64,000 nucleotides of DNA from Bryobacterales bacterium. GTDB taxonomy: Bacteria > Acidobacteriota > Terriglobia > Bryobacterales > UBA6623. Shown here in pieces: positions 63,454-64,000 of the stretch; position 1 is the first letter of the stretch, and every line of letters starts with the position of its first letter. The stretch covers positions 1,472,001-1,536,000 of the forward strand of contig OY729427.2 in the NCBI GenBank assembly GCA_963422375.2. The letters run 5' to 3'. The notes beneath the pieces are model-generated. The model was not told the origin of the DNA, searched no databases, and saw only the letters and a program-made list of their open reading frames with translations. The translations under genes were made by a program, and so were the position numbers.

Positions 63454-64000
63454 CTAGTCGTCGAACTTGCGGAGCGCTTCGTGCTCCAGGATGCGCGCTC
63501 CGCGCAGGATGCCGCCGAACGAGTAGTTCGCCTCGTGGCAGGCGTACTCGTAGACCCGGCTGCCGGTGGACGGCCATACGTACTCGCCGCCCCAAGGCGC
63601 GGTCCACACGGTCGGGTCGTCGACGGTGAACTCGTACAGCAGCGCGGCCGCGCCGATCCGCGTGAGCCGCTCGACTACATGCAATGCAAGTTGCGCGAGG
63701 CCCCGGGAAGCGCCGGGCGGTCATTGAAGTTCGTCGTGTCGACAATCAACGTGTCGCCTTCCCAGCGGCCCACGGAATCCCCTAGCCAGCTGCGAACGTC
63801 CGGCGGGGCGTGCCCGCCACGCAGCGGATAATGCGGACGTCGTGGATCATTTCGGCCAGAATCATGACGTAGTCCTCCGTCTACACGACCCGCTTGAGGT
63901 TGTTGCAGGAGACGGGCAGCATGGGCGGACCGCCGGTCGCGCCGAATCCCAGCAAGCAGCGCTCCGCGAGCGGCCTGAGTCCGGGTCGTCGTACGGCCCG
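63454..64000 (-). pseudogene. Broken gene of a conserved hypothetical secreted family (5' end outside the window)
   Basis: ERCLLGFG..GGPPMLP..NN...*TEDYVMI..EMIHD.RII / WLGDSVGRWEGDTL.VDTTNF / HVVER.TR...YEYACHE.NY lie in different frames. In-frame TAG at 63881-63883. Confidence 0.8.

Overview
High-GC bacterial chromosome segment, most consistent with Acidobacteriota (Bryobacterales-like). This is inferred from gene content (DUF1080 x2, DUF1549/DUF1553, DUF1326-like, an Ig-like secreted protein) and not from a search. The core is the str-S10-spc-alpha ribosomal superoperon on the minus strand (32.0-51.1 kb) with a clear sigma70 promoter. It has several oddities: no adk, only a strongly divergent IF-1, a Cys-free S4, a Lys-rich insertion in L5 and a C-terminally shortened L24. 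Flanking genes include an ArsS-type radical SAM plus AhpD/CMD pair, a biotin carboxylase/BCCP pair followed by a DnaC/IstB-like protein with destroyed Walker motifs, gluQ, a secreted protein with four 123-aa tandem repeats, short leuA with a divergent LysR, larC, metG-tatD, an Ogl-like lyase, cbiM/L/Q-type Ni/Co transport genes and a Wzm/Wzt/GT glycan export cluster. The best hidden structure is at 5.3-7.7 kb: a decayed Panacea (DUF4065) antitoxin plus a membrane-protein partner. The partner can be rebuilt in frame after removing a 255-bp MITE and an IS1595-family element, leaving one frameshift and one nonsense codon. A probable IS4/DUF4338-type transposase relic and a multiply broken pseudogene are also present. 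No rRNA, tRNA or CRISPR array was seen. All family calls come from motif recognition by eye.
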